DNA of 64,000 bases. Origin: Candidatus Thorarchaeota archaeon (GTDB taxonomy: Archaea > Asgardarchaeota > Thorarchaeia > Thorarchaeales > Thorarchaeaceae). The stretch spans positions 21,755-85,754 of the forward strand of contig JAFGAR010000070.1 of NCBI GenBank assembly GCA_016933575.1, read 5' to 3'. This document shows positions 50,657-60,203 of this stretch, one piece after another. The notes below the pieces were generated by a model. That model did no database searches and was not told the origin of the DNA. It saw only the letters and a list, made by a program, of their open reading frames with translations. Position numbers and translations under genes: made by a program. The number at the start of each line of letters is the position of its first letter. Positions within the stretch are counted from its first letter, which is position 1.

Positions 50657-52734
50657 TGGGTATGCACGGACCTATGGTTAGTCGTGGAGGTCCTGGAGCT
50701 CTTATGGGCAAGAAGGAAAAGAGAAGTCGTCCGATTCGAGTTCTACTTGGTAGAATGGTCCTTTACCTTGGTAAGTTCAAACGTATTACTATCATCGGCG
50801 CTATTCTCTCACTTGCAGCAACAATCGTTGGCGTAATTATTCCTCTGGTTTTGAGGGATAGTATTAATTCTGTTTACTTAGAAGGTTCTCTTAATATACT
50901 CGTGACACTGACCATATTATTTCTAGTACTCTCTATTGTAACATGGATAATGAGTGGTGTTAATACCTGGATCATGTCAATCGCTCAAGCAGGGTTAGTT
51001 CAGAGTGTTCAGGAGGATGTCTATAGACATTTAGTAAATGCAGATCTCTCATATCATAAAGCTGAACAGGCTGGAAATGTCACTTCTAGAGTCACTAGTG
51101 ATGCGACAAATCTCAGTACTGGAATACAGGTATTGATTAATTTCGCAAGCCAAGCTCTCACGCTTGTTGCATCTTTCATCCTTCTTTGGTTGATGTCACC
51201 ATTTCTTGCTCTTACTTCCCTTGTAGTTGTACCTGGTGTTCTCTTCATTGCTGCCATCTTTGGTACAGTTGGCCAGAGAATCATGCTAGCCTCGCAACGG
51301 GCGTCTGGTGAAGTATCGGGTCAGATAGCGGAAAATCTAAGCGGTATCCATGTAGCTAAAGCATTCAATCGAGAAGACGAGCTTGCAGAGGATTTAATGA
51401 GTTTGAACCAAAAGGCATACCGCTATGGTTTCCGATTCATGATTCTGATGACATCAATGCAACCACTAATGATGGCAATAGGACAATTTGCCATTGCTGC
51501 TATGCTCTTTGTAGCTGGGTCATTGGCCGTAGGTACTCTTCCTCTCCTCAATCTTGGAGATATCTTTCTTGCTATATCACTGGTTCGCGGAATCATGTTT
51601 CCTCTCCTAGGATTATCCATGATGGCAACACAAGTTCAATCGTCACTAGCTGCAATGGACCGTGTCACTGATGTTCTGGAGTCAAAACCTGCTATCACAG
51701 ATTCCATAAACGCAGAGCCGCTTCTTGCAGAAAATGATGGAATCTACTTCAAGAATGTCACATTTGAGTATGTCAAGAACACTCCAGTCCTAAAGGACGT
51801 CAGTTTCTCAATCAATCCTGGGGAAACTGTGGCTATTGTAGGACATACTGGAGCTGGAAAGACAACTATTGCTGCACTTGTGAACCGGTTCTATGACCCG
51901 ATTGATGGTGGAATCTACATTGGCAACCAGAATATCAGAGAAGTTCAATTACATTCTCTTCATAGCTCCATGTCACTCATACCTCAAGAACCATACTTGT
52001 TTGATGATACAATCATGGAAAATATACGATATGGAAAACTTGATGCAACCGATGAAGAGATAATCAATCTATGCAAGATTCTTGGAGCTGACGAGTTTAT
52101 CGATGTGCTTGCTGATGGGTATCAGACTCGAATCATCCAAAGTGGCAAGAATCTGAGTGCTGGTCAGCGTCAAATGATTACTATTGCACGAACTATGCTT
52201 GCCAACCCTAAGATATTAATTCTTGATGAAGCAACAAGCCGTCTTGATGCGTACAGCGAATCTCTAGTGCAGGATGCTCAAGAACAGTTATTCCATGATA
52301 GGACTACAATTGTTATTGCTCATCGTCTAACCACAATCGCAAATGCTTCTCGAATCCTCGTCTTTGATCACGGTTCTTTAGTAGAGCAGGGTACACATGA
52401 AGAGCTTCTTGCTCAAGATGGCATTTTCAAGGCTCTCTATGAGACCTATTATGCACACCAAGGAATTGAGGAAATCACAGAAGATGTGGTCGAAGTTGCT
52501 AAGTCTGTAGTTACAGAATATGGTGGCGAAAAACCCGAACCTGTTGGTCAGGGAATGATGACAGGTTCCGGGATGTTAGGAGTCCATTCACAAATGACCC
52601 CGGAGATGATAGAGAAATTAAAAGAACGTCTTGAGAATGATCCTGATTCACTTCCTCCTCAAATGAGAAAGATGATCGAGGAGAAATTCAAGAAGAAGGA
52701 AGAGAGTGAGGTGTCAGGAACTGGTGGAAAATAG
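50656..52734 (+). CDS. ABC exporter half-transporter (TMD+NBD), heterodimer partner
   Basis: GHTGAGKTT, LSAGQRQ, ILDEATS, IAHRL. Confidence 0.93.
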   Translation: MGMHGPMVSRGGPGALMGKKEKRSRPIRVLLGRMVLYLGKFKRITIIGAILSLAATIVGVIIPLVLRDSINSVYLEGSLNILVTLTILFLVLSIVTWIMSGVNTWIMSIAQAGLVQSVQEDVYRHLVNADLSYHKAEQAGNVTSRVTSDATNLSTGIQVLINFASQALTLVASFILLWLMSPFLALTSLVVVPGVLFIAAIFGTVGQRIMLASQRASGEVSGQIAENLSGIHVAKAFNREDELAEDLMSLNQKAYRYGFRFMILMTSMQPLMMAIGQFAIAAMLFVAGSLAVGTLPLLNLGDIFLAISLVRGIMFPLLGLSMMATQVQSSLAAMDRVTDVLESKPAITDSINAEPLLAENDGIYFKNVTFEYVKNTPVLKDVSFSINPGETVAIVGHTGAGKTTIAALVNRFYDPIDGGIYIGNQNIREVQLHSLHSSMSLIPQEPYLFDDTIMENIRYGKLDATDEEIINLCKILGADEFIDVLADGYQTRIIQSGKNLSAGQRQMITIARTMLANPKILILDEATSRLDAYSESLVQDAQEQLFHDRTTIVIAHRLTTIANASRILVFDHGSLVEQGTHEELLAQDGIFKALYETYYAHQGIEEITEDVVEVAKSVVTEYGGEKPEPVGQGMMTGSGMLGVHSQMTPEMIEKLKERLENDPDSLPPQMRKMIEEKFKKKEESEVSGTGGK

Positions 52735-52745
52735 CATTAGTTCCT

Positions 52746-53522
52746 TTACTGATACTTGTCCATACTTTGTGACAATAACAAAACCGAGCCAAAGAATACA
52801 TATGATTCAATAGCTAGAAGACTATCTGTTGGTGTGGCAAGTGCATAACTTGAGAATACCCAGAAGAAGGAACGTACTAAGTATATCAAAAATCCCAGAA
52901 AGACTAGCAAAAGGGGTTTGACTATTTCCCCATTCTGAAATGTCCAGATAAAACCTAACGCAACCATGCAGAAGAGAATTAGACTACTTATGATTGGTGA
53001 GATCACAATCGCTCTGATGACCCCAAGATTCGGAAACTGAGTGATGATGATTACAAGAACTCCTAGAGTGGTGAGGGACACAATAAGGACAAGTATTATC
53101 CACATCCGTTCACCGTTCATAATCTCTAGAGCTGAGTTCACGGATCGCAAGTATTGCATTATCCCAAAACCTAGAAGAAAAATACCTGGCATTTGGACAA
53201 GTGCAAATGCAATCTCTAGTTGGAATGTATTCTCTGCTAGGAATACAAGAATCCCTGCAATCTCGGATAAAGATAGCATGATGAGACCAATTGCAATCCA
53301 GAGATTTAGCGTGTGAAATCTATCGTTCCTTAGACCTGATTCACGAGCGTAGATCCTCAAGCCCATAATTCCAAGAGTGAACGCAATCATTGGAGTAAGC
53401 AATACCAAAGCTAATTGTAGAATGTCATAACTGCTAGTTGATGCGAGAAGAATATAGAATAGTAATATAGCCAAGCCTAAAACATAGATTGGAAACGCAC
53501 CTGACCATCTAATTCTTGGCAC
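52746..53522 (-). CDS. multi-pass (~7 TM) membrane protein
   Basis: about seven hydrophobic helices with short loops. Confidence 0.7.
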   Translation of the reverse strand: MPRIRWSGAFPIYVLGLAILLFYILLASTSSYDILQLALVLLTPMIAFTLGIMGLRIYARESGLRNDRFHTLNLWIAIGLIMLSLSEIAGILVFLAENTFQLEIAFALVQMPGIFLLGFGIMQYLRSVNSALEIMNGERMWIILVLIVSLTTLGVLVIIITQFPNLGVIRAIVISPIISSLILFCMVALGFIWTFQNGEIVKPLLLVFLGFLIYLVRSFFWVFSSYALATPTDSLLAIESYVFFGSVLLLSQSMDKYQ

Positions 53523-53621
53523 TAATTCTCTACTCCTTGCAGATTACTCTGAGAAACCTATTTTCTCCGATTTGTATATTGTGCTGATAACCCTTGAGTG
53601 AAAAACATTCTGAATTATCCC

Positions 53622-54815
53622 CTAGACAAGAAGTGATTCCCATTGAATTTGAAAGACTGTGCTCGGAAACCTTTGTTCAAGTTCATCCTTTGTATTATGA
53701 AGAACTTTGTTAACGGGTTGCTTTCCAATCAAGTCTTTTGCCATTCTTGTAATGAATTGCATTAATACCCGAAATCCATCATCTAGCAATTCCGGTCCTA
53801 TTGACCCCTTGAGTGTGGCTGAGAGAAGCGAACTTCGCATATCAATATCCACTCCATCTTCAAGAGTGACAAATTTTAACCATGGATAATGATCAATTAG
53901 CTTTTCACGTGCTGCAAAAAAGATGCTTCGGATAGGTTTGAATCCAACAATGTTCGCTAGTCTATTTACAAGTGCTTGAAGAGCAGAGGAATATCTCACT
54001 ACTATCGCTTGTGATGGTGACACAAGTTCCACCATCTTTCTCTTTTCAAGCCATGCAACTTCTTCCAGAAAGCGCTTCAAATCTTCAGTCCGGAGCCGCT
54101 CTGCGGCAATAGAGAGTGGTGTTTCGCCATCCAGTTCAGTCAAGGCTCTCGCAGCTACTGGAGATAATTCTCCCCTCGCCTCCTCAGAAGGCGACATTGA
54201 TGTGGTCTGATAGATATCATCTGGTCTAACGGGATTTGTAACGACAATCGCTCCTTCCCAGAGTGCCTCTGCAGTCAGGTTGAGTGCAATCTCCACTGGT
54301 ACTTCTAAGAATCTTGCAGCATCTGTGACTGAACAAATATCCGGAATTAATCGGAGGAATGATATCACGTCCGGTCTCCGAGTCAAATGTTCCCATTCAG
54401 GTCTTACAGTAATCAAGGTCTCTAGACTAATCTTCTCTCTCACGAATTCATCCATGATTGACTGCTCAAAGCGTGTCTGGACAGCAAGGTCAAGATCCAC
54501 CCATCTAAGAACTGCAAATTGCTCCTCGAAGCGGATGATGGTTCTTCGTAGTTTATTCCTGATATGTTCATTATCTATCTGTGTAGATATAGCTCCAAGA
54601 GTCCATTCGCCGAATTCCACAAGAATTGTGTAATCGGTTCCTTCAAAGGCTCTTGCTTGAGATTTGAGTGAGCGTGTGGCTTCATCAAAGAATGATGTCA
54701 TCGCCACAAGAAAGGAAGAGAGTAGTTGCGGATCGAAGGCTGAACCAGTGAAGTCCTTATGATACATACACACCCCTGTATCGCGTTTGATGATGTATAT
54801 GCTATTGATGTCCAT
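53622..54815 (-). CDS. longin-domain protein with tandem winged-helix domains
   Basis: SIYII...GVCMY...F......DPQLLSSFLVAMTSF longin signature; two wHTH-like segments (SVTDAARFLEV, LDGETPLSIAAERL). Confidence 0.75.
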   Translation of the reverse strand: MDINSIYIIKRDTGVCMYHKDFTGSAFDPQLLSSFLVAMTSFFDEATRSLKSQARAFEGTDYTILVEFGEWTLGAISTQIDNEHIRNKLRRTIIRFEEQFAVLRWVDLDLAVQTRFEQSIMDEFVREKISLETLITVRPEWEHLTRRPDVISFLRLIPDICSVTDAARFLEVPVEIALNLTAEALWEGAIVVTNPVRPDDIYQTTSMSPSEEARGELSPVAARALTELDGETPLSIAAERLRTEDLKRFLEEVAWLEKRKMVELVSPSQAIVVRYSSALQALVNRLANIVGFKPIRSIFFAAREKLIDHYPWLKFVTLEDGVDIDMRSSLLSATLKGSIGPELLDDGFRVLMQFITRMAKDLIGKQPVNKVLHNTKDELEQRFPSTVFQIQWESLLV

Positions 54816-55015
54816 TGGGTCAATTCCTCTCAGTTCGCTCGTTTCCTCGTATCTAGCAATTCCTCTAGCCTGTCACACAGTGCATGGCGTGCACTATGAT
54901 TCTTCTCTCATAATTCCTTTTGAGGGTTATAGTGATGTATCCTAATTTCAAGTATGTCAGAATATGCTAAATGGTCACCCTTATAGGAGGTCTATTTTCT
55001 GAGCATTTGGTAATC

Positions 55016-55627
55016 ATGTCATCAAAGGAAGATCTTACATCAAAATGCCCTGTTTGTACAACAGGCAAATTGATTGTAAACTCCATGCTCTATAGCGTTC
55101 CATTCTTCAATGAACTTGCTATGTTCACAATGAAATGCCCTGAATGCGGCTTCAGTCATAGTGATGTATTCTCAGCAGAGCAACGAAGACCAACGAGATT
55201 TACACTACATGTAGATGATGTTTCACTTCTTAATGTGCGTGTGGTTAGATCGGGCTCTTGCACCTATCGTTTTCCAGAATGGGGCATAGATGTTGAACCT
55301 GGTCCTGCTGCAGATGCTTTTGTTACCAATGTTGAGGGTCTTTTATTTCGAGTAAGATCAGTAGTCGAGACTGCACTCGGATTTGCTGATGAGGAATCTG
55401 AGCGTAAACGCGCAAAGCAAATACTTGATGAGATTATGCTAGCCCTTCGAGGCGATTATTTCTTCACCTTAGTAATGGAGGATCCTGCTGGTGTCAGTGG
55501 AATCTTACCTGATGATTTGACCTTGGTAAAAATTGAAGAGCTCAGTCCTGAAGAAACCTCTCATTTGAAAGGTGCTCCTTTCTGGATTGACACTATGCGC
55601 GAAGAGATATCGGAGCGTAAGGGTTAA
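55016..55627 (+). CDS. ZPR1 zinc-finger protein (archaeal single-module)
   Basis: CPVC...VPFF...CPECGF..SDV, LNVRVVRS, EPGP...FVTNVEG, EDPAGVS; likely start ATG 55016. Confidence 0.92.
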   Translation: MSSKEDLTSKCPVCTTGKLIVNSMLYSVPFFNELAMFTMKCPECGFSHSDVFSAEQRRPTRFTLHVDDVSLLNVRVVRSGSCTYRFPEWGIDVEPGPAADAFVTNVEGLLFRVRSVVETALGFADEESERKRAKQILDEIMLALRGDYFFTLVMEDPAGVSGILPDDLTLVKIEELSPEETSHLKGAPFWIDTMREEISERKG

Positions 55628-55658
55628 AACGCACTGCATTAGACAGCTCTCTAACAGT

Positions 55659-55765
55659 GGGCCGGTAGATTAGCCCGGCAGATCGCATGGTTTGCAAACC
55701 TTCTGGGTCTCCCAGGAGATCAAACCTCCATGAGGCCGCGAGTTCAAATCTCGCCCGGTCCACCA
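55659..55765 (+). tRNA. tRNA-Ala(UGC) with 30-nt canonical intron (55697-55726), CCA encoded
   Basis: acceptor GGGCCGG/CCGGTCC with G3:U70, discriminator A, anticodon stem CATGG/CCATG, TTCAAAT T-loop, bulge-helix-bulge (CAA / TTTG:CAAA / CCT) at position 37/38. Confidence 0.95.
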
Positions 55766-55883
55766 TATCATATTCTTCTTTATTGCTTGATATTAAATTA
55801 AGAAAGAAATTACAGAAATACAAATGCACGATATTGATTTAGAAACATAGAAGACTGCTAATTGGCTTTTCAGAGTGTTTTAA

Positions 55884-56405
55884 TCAACATAAAATTAAGA
55901 TGCCAAAGAACAGAATATAGCGAAACGAAAGAAGAAAGATACCTATTACCAGAAAAAGTAACGAATATTTGAAAGTCCTGAATTTCTTACAATTAATCTC
56001 AGCTAGAGCATAAGCTTCTAATGCATAGTCTTTCAAAATGATATCATCTTTTATACTTTCAATGAATGAAATGTAGTCCTTAACAGTTTTTTTTACAATA
56101 TTTTGAAAAAAGATGGAATCGTCATAATTTTCTTTCAATCTCGGATGAATAGTGAAAATTGATAGCATGAATGATATTGTGAAGAGAATTACTAGTATAA
56201 TGAATGTTGAGAACATGAACATTTGTAATTCTATTTGATCTTCATCAAGAAAAGTTAACACCTCGACCCCGAATATAACTGGAAGTAGAACAGAAATCAT
56301 ACCTACTACAATATTTGCCTTGCTATCAGCAAGACCAATTAAGTCTTGGTTATGCTCAAATACAGCTTTAATATATTCGAATGTGTTATCTTTTTCAGTA
56401 ACCAT
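55884..56405 (-). CDS. Pycsar-effector-like (PycTM/DUF5706) transmembrane protein
   Basis: IGLADSKANIVV, TM2-IHPRL, SIFFQNI, AYALAEINCKKF...S, final TM: the PycTM pattern. Confidence 0.75.
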   Translation of the reverse strand: MVTEKDNTFEYIKAVFEHNQDLIGLADSKANIVVGMISVLLPVIFGVEVLTFLDEDQIELQMFMFSTFIILVILFTISFMLSIFTIHPRLKENYDDSIFFQNIVKKTVKDYISFIESIKDDIILKDYALEAYALAEINCKKFRTFKYSLLFLVIGIFLLSFRYILFFGILILC

Positions 56406-56493
56406 AATGTGCTAAAATATAATGTTTCAAAATAAAAAGCATTTGAATGGTCAATTGAGATCTTCAGATTCTTTTTGATAGGATGGGAGAGCG

Positions 56494-57108
56494 GTGATTG
56501 CTACCATTATCGATATTGTATCATCAAAGGATATTAATGCACATGAACGAAAGAAACTAGATAAAAAGATACGAGATATACTGTGCCAGACCCATACACG
56601 CTTCAGAGAATATTGCTTGGCCATACCTACTCTGACTCAGGGAGATAGTATTGAGCTGTTGGTCACTAGTTGGCAACCAATTGTGTTTCTCCTTCATAGG
56701 CTTTTAATGGAAGAATTGAAGTTTCGAGTGGGACTTGGAACCGGAACAGCCATCATCCAAAAAGAAGTCGCGGACGAGTGTGATGGATCTGTCTTCTGGA
56801 ATGCAAGAAATGCGATCGACGAGATAAAAAAGATGAAATACATGAGTATATCTCTTGGCTTTATAATCGATGATAAAACCTCAAGTGATGAGAGGAATGC
56901 AGTAACAAATTCTGTTCTCTTATACACTTCGCTTCTTAGTCTTACTACTGCTCAGTTGGAGTACTGTTTTTATTACATATGGGAAAAGAAACAAATCTCA
57001 GAGATTTCAGAGGTCACAAGAACTTCGAAGGGAAATATCAGCAAAACCTTGAGTAAGACACCATGTTACCTTCTTGAAAGGGTGATGGCATTCTTGAACG
57101 AAATGTGA
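56494..57108 (+). CDS. SatD family protein (nucleotide-cyclase-like palm + C-terminal HTH)
   Basis: IDIVSS, QGDSIE, FRVGLGTG, DGSVFWNARNA; KQISEISEVTRTSKGNISKTL HTH. Confidence 0.75.
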   Translation: MIATIIDIVSSKDINAHERKKLDKKIRDILCQTHTRFREYCLAIPTLTQGDSIELLVTSWQPIVFLLHRLLMEELKFRVGLGTGTAIIQKEVADECDGSVFWNARNAIDEIKKMKYMSISLGFIIDDKTSSDERNAVTNSVLLYTSLLSLTTAQLEYCFYYIWEKKQISEISEVTRTSKGNISKTLSKTPCYLLERVMAFLNEM

Positions 57109-57217
57109 GATAGTTTATCAAAATGATCGAGAAGGGCATATCTATGATCTGATTGTAAGTATTGCTGTGAGATATATTAAAACATGGCAGGAAATTTGAG
57201 TGATTATAGGACCAGAC

Positions 57218-57242
57218 GTTCAAATCGCGCCCGGTCCACCAT
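57218..57242 (+). repeat. att-site copy of tRNA-Ala 3' end
   Basis: GTTCAAATCGCGCCCGGTCCACCAT vs tRNA GTTCAAATCTCGCCCGGTCCACCAT. Confidence 0.9.
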
Positions 57243-57251
57243 TAACCATTT

Positions 57252-57359
57252 TTATTCCGTGACTTTTCCCGCGCAGTTCTTACAAAACGGGCGTCGCGAA
57301 GAACCAACATAGACTGGTTCTCCTCGAATCTTCTTCTTACATCTATTGCATTGTATCAT
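57252..57359 (-). CDS. unannotated 35-aa C4 zinc-finger microprotein
   Basis: translated by hand: MIQCNRCKKKIRGEPVYVGSSRRPFCKNCAGKVTE*; SD-like GTGA upstream. Confidence 0.65.
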   Translation of the reverse strand: MIQCNRCKKKIRGEPVYVGSSRRPFCKNCAGKVTE

Positions 57360-57663
57360 ATTTTGATCACATCCCTACAGAAATAATCATGTTGCTATCT
57401 CAATCATGAAGATCTTGATGTTCAGCAAAATACGGTGACGCAGTTGCTTATTACCTCATCTATACAATCACATTGACTAGCGCTTGTAGTTCACCGAGGA
57501 TTCTCAAACAGGTATTTGTTATAGTTACACTTTACGTTTGTATAACCTATCCTTCAAAGATACCCTTAAGAGTCACGATTTTTGGCCAATGACCCAATAC
57601 ATACCGGAATCTAGGTTTATTCAATATCCAAAAGGTCGCAAGATCTGAGCCTAGAGATACGGG

Positions 57664-60072
57664 ATGGTGAGACAAAATATGCAATTATTCGAGACATTCC
57701 TAACAAGCATGTCGCTGATTGAGCAGTTAATGATAATGACTGTCATTGCGGCTGCTTTCGTAAGTCTCGTGTATGCTTGGTGGCTCAGGAAAGGTGTCCT
57801 TGCACAAGACAAGGGTACTGAGCAGATGCAGAGAGTATGGAACGGTATTCGAGAAGGAGCACTATCATATCTTCATAGACAGTTGAAGACAATCGTCCCG
57901 ATATTGATTGTCCTATCTATTCTTCTTTTCTTCACCGTTTACATTACTACACCAGAAAGAGGTACAGAGGTCTTATTTGGTGATACTGAAACTGGTCGAA
58001 TTATTGTCGGTATCGGTCGTTCACTGGCTTTTGTACTCGGTGCAAGCTTCTCACTTATTGTTGGACAGCTTGGTATGCGTATTGCCGTTGAGTCTAACAT
58101 TCGAGTTGCACAAGCTACACGTGAAGGAGATAATAGATACAATCGAGCGCTAACAATATCCTACAGAGGTGGTACTTTTACAGGCATGCTCACAGATGGA
58201 CTTGGTCTACTTGGAGGCACTGTAATCTTCATCATCTATGGTATTGCAGCACCAGATGCACTTCTTGGCTTTGGTCTTGGTGGTACCCTTCTAGCTCTCT
58301 TTATGAGAGTAGGTGGTGGTATCTACACCAAGGCTGCTGATGTTGGTGCGGATCTTGTCGGCAAGGTAGAGCAGGGTCTACCTGAGGACGATCCTAGAAA
58401 TGCTGCAGTCATTGCAGACCTCGTTGGTGACAACGTGGGCGACTGCGCAGGTATGGCCGCAGATATATTTGAGTCATATGAAGTCACAATTGTTTCTTCA
58501 TTGATTCTTGCTATCGTTTTGTATCTCGAAACAGTTGATGGAATATTCCCAGTTCTTCCTGGTGGAGCACTTGCAGTTGTTGTCTTTCCACTCTTTGTGA
58601 GAGCTGTTGGAGTCATCTCATCAATGATTGGTACAGTAATGGTTCCAGTATGGCCGCGGCTGCTCAAGAAACGGGCAGTATATGCAGAGAAAGCGATGTT
58701 CCTCTCCTACGAGGCTTCAAGCATCTTCACAATCTGTCTGACCATGCTCTTATCATGGTTCTATGTTGGAGATATCAGATTTGGAATCCTAATTGCTGTC
58801 GGTGTTCTCTTAGCAGTATCATTCAATCCAATCACAAGTTACTTCACATCCCTCAAGAAGGCACCCGTAAAAGAGATCGTCAAATCTACTGATACTGGTG
58901 CAGCAACAATGATTCTCTCCGGCATTGTTGCAGGATATGAGTCAACAGTGGCTGCTCTCGTAGTCATTGTATCAACATTTGGTATAGCTATTGTTCTGTT
59001 CATGCCTGGAATAGCTGCAATCTTCGCACCATTCTTCGTAGTTGGTGTTGAAGGCAATCTTTGGACACTCTATGGTATTGCATTGATTGGTATTGGCATG
59101 CTATCACACACAGGCAACAATGTCGCAATGGACTCTTACGGTCCTATTAGTGACAATGCCGCAGGAATTGGCGAGCTCTCACCAGGTGATTTCGATAAAG
59201 AAGCCATGAAGACTATGGCAGAACTTGATGCAGTTGGAAACACAACCAAGGCGATTACCAAGGGTGTAGCTATTGCATCAGCAGTCATTGCTGCAGTCAG
59301 CCTCTTTGACAGCTTTGTTGTAGTAGCTTTGGGACCTCTTGGATTGGATCACCTATTCCTAGATGACCCGAGAGTCTTCTCTGGTCTACTATTAGGTGCC
59401 GCTTTGCCGTGGCTCTTCTCAGCAGTCAATATCAAAGCAGTAACTCGAGCGGCTGGCGAGATGATTAAGGAGGTACGTCGTCAATTTAGAATTCCAGGTA
59501 TCTTGGAAGGTACTACGCCACCCGATTATAGTAGAGCTGTTGACATCTCTACAACAGCAGCTCAGAAGGAACTCGTTTCACTTGCTGCATTAACAGTTAC
59601 AGTACCACTTATTGTTGGTATTCTATTTGGAGTTGCAGCACTAGGTGGATTTCTAGGTGGTATAATTGTGTCTGGTCAATTGTTAGCTGTCTACATGTCC
59701 AACACAGGTGGGGCTTGGGACAACGCAAAGAAGGCAATTGAAGACGAAGTCTGTGATCCTGAACATAATCTAGGAAAAGGCTCCGAGCGTCACAAGTGTG
59801 GAGTTGTTGGTGACACTGTAGGTGATCCTTTGAAGGACACTGCTGGACCCGCACTCAATCCAATGATAAAGGTAGTCAATCTCCTCGCTTTGATTCTGGC
59901 TCCAGTCTTAGTCATGATTGAAACCACTGGTACAATGACTATGCTATTAGCAGCTGTAGCAGCACTCTTCATTTTATTCGTGGTGACCATCTGGGCATTG
60001 CGAAAGAGTATGAAGGAAGCTGACTTTGGGATGCATTCCGAAAAGACTGCTAAGGCCGAAGCTACCTACTAG
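57664..60072 (+). CDS. hppA: membrane-bound H+-translocating pyrophosphatase, K+-independent type
   Basis: GGIYTKAADVGADLVGKVE, EDDPRN, DNVGD, GNTTKA (Lys determinant), GDTVGDPLKD. Confidence 0.96.
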   Translation: MVRQNMQLFETFLTSMSLIEQLMIMTVIAAAFVSLVYAWWLRKGVLAQDKGTEQMQRVWNGIREGALSYLHRQLKTIVPILIVLSILLFFTVYITTPERGTEVLFGDTETGRIIVGIGRSLAFVLGASFSLIVGQLGMRIAVESNIRVAQATREGDNRYNRALTISYRGGTFTGMLTDGLGLLGGTVIFIIYGIAAPDALLGFGLGGTLLALFMRVGGGIYTKAADVGADLVGKVEQGLPEDDPRNAAVIADLVGDNVGDCAGMAADIFESYEVTIVSSLILAIVLYLETVDGIFPVLPGGALAVVVFPLFVRAVGVISSMIGTVMVPVWPRLLKKRAVYAEKAMFLSYEASSIFTICLTMLLSWFYVGDIRFGILIAVGVLLAVSFNPITSYFTSLKKAPVKEIVKSTDTGAATMILSGIVAGYESTVAALVVIVSTFGIAIVLFMPGIAAIFAPFFVVGVEGNLWTLYGIALIGIGMLSHTGNNVAMDSYGPISDNAAGIGELSPGDFDKEAMKTMAELDAVGNTTKAITKGVAIASAVIAAVSLFDSFVVVALGPLGLDHLFLDDPRVFSGLLLGAALPWLFSAVNIKAVTRAAGEMIKEVRRQFRIPGILEGTTPPDYSRAVDISTTAAQKELVSLAALTVTVPLIVGILFGVAALGGFLGGIIVSGQLLAVYMSNTGGAWDNAKKAIEDEVCDPEHNLGKGSERHKCGVVGDTVGDPLKDTAGPALNPMIKVVNLLALILAPVLVMIETTGTMTMLLAAVAALFILFVVTIWALRKSMKEADFGMHSEKTAKAEATY

Positions 60073-60089
60073 AAACAATGTAAATTTTC

Positions 60090-60128
60090 GGTGGCACTCG
60101 TTGCCACCCTTCTCTTCTTTTTTCCTTT
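60090..60128 (+). terminator. hairpin plus pyrimidine tract after hppA
   Basis: GGTGGCA/TGCCACC stem, then CTTCTCTTCTTTTTTCCTTT. Confidence 0.6.
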
Positions 60129-60203
60129 AATATTCCGGAAAAACAACAACCTTTTGTTCATTGTTTTCTACGAATATATGCCACGCTGTAAAAACAGAGG
60201 GAG

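Larger units (their letters stand above)
55742..57242. mobile_element. tRNA-integrated mini-island, no integrase
   Basis: 25-bp direct repeat of the tRNA 3' end at 55742-55766 and 57218-57242 (1 mismatch); visibly AT-rich interior. Confidence 0.75.

Noticed and set aside
55593-55829. 78-aa minus-strand ORF
   Set aside because: It is the antisense of tRNA-Ala, a typical spurious ORF.
57218-57242. Second tRNA gene or split-tRNA half
   Set aside because: Only the T-loop to CCA is present, with a T-stem mismatch and no complementary leader; this fits an att site.
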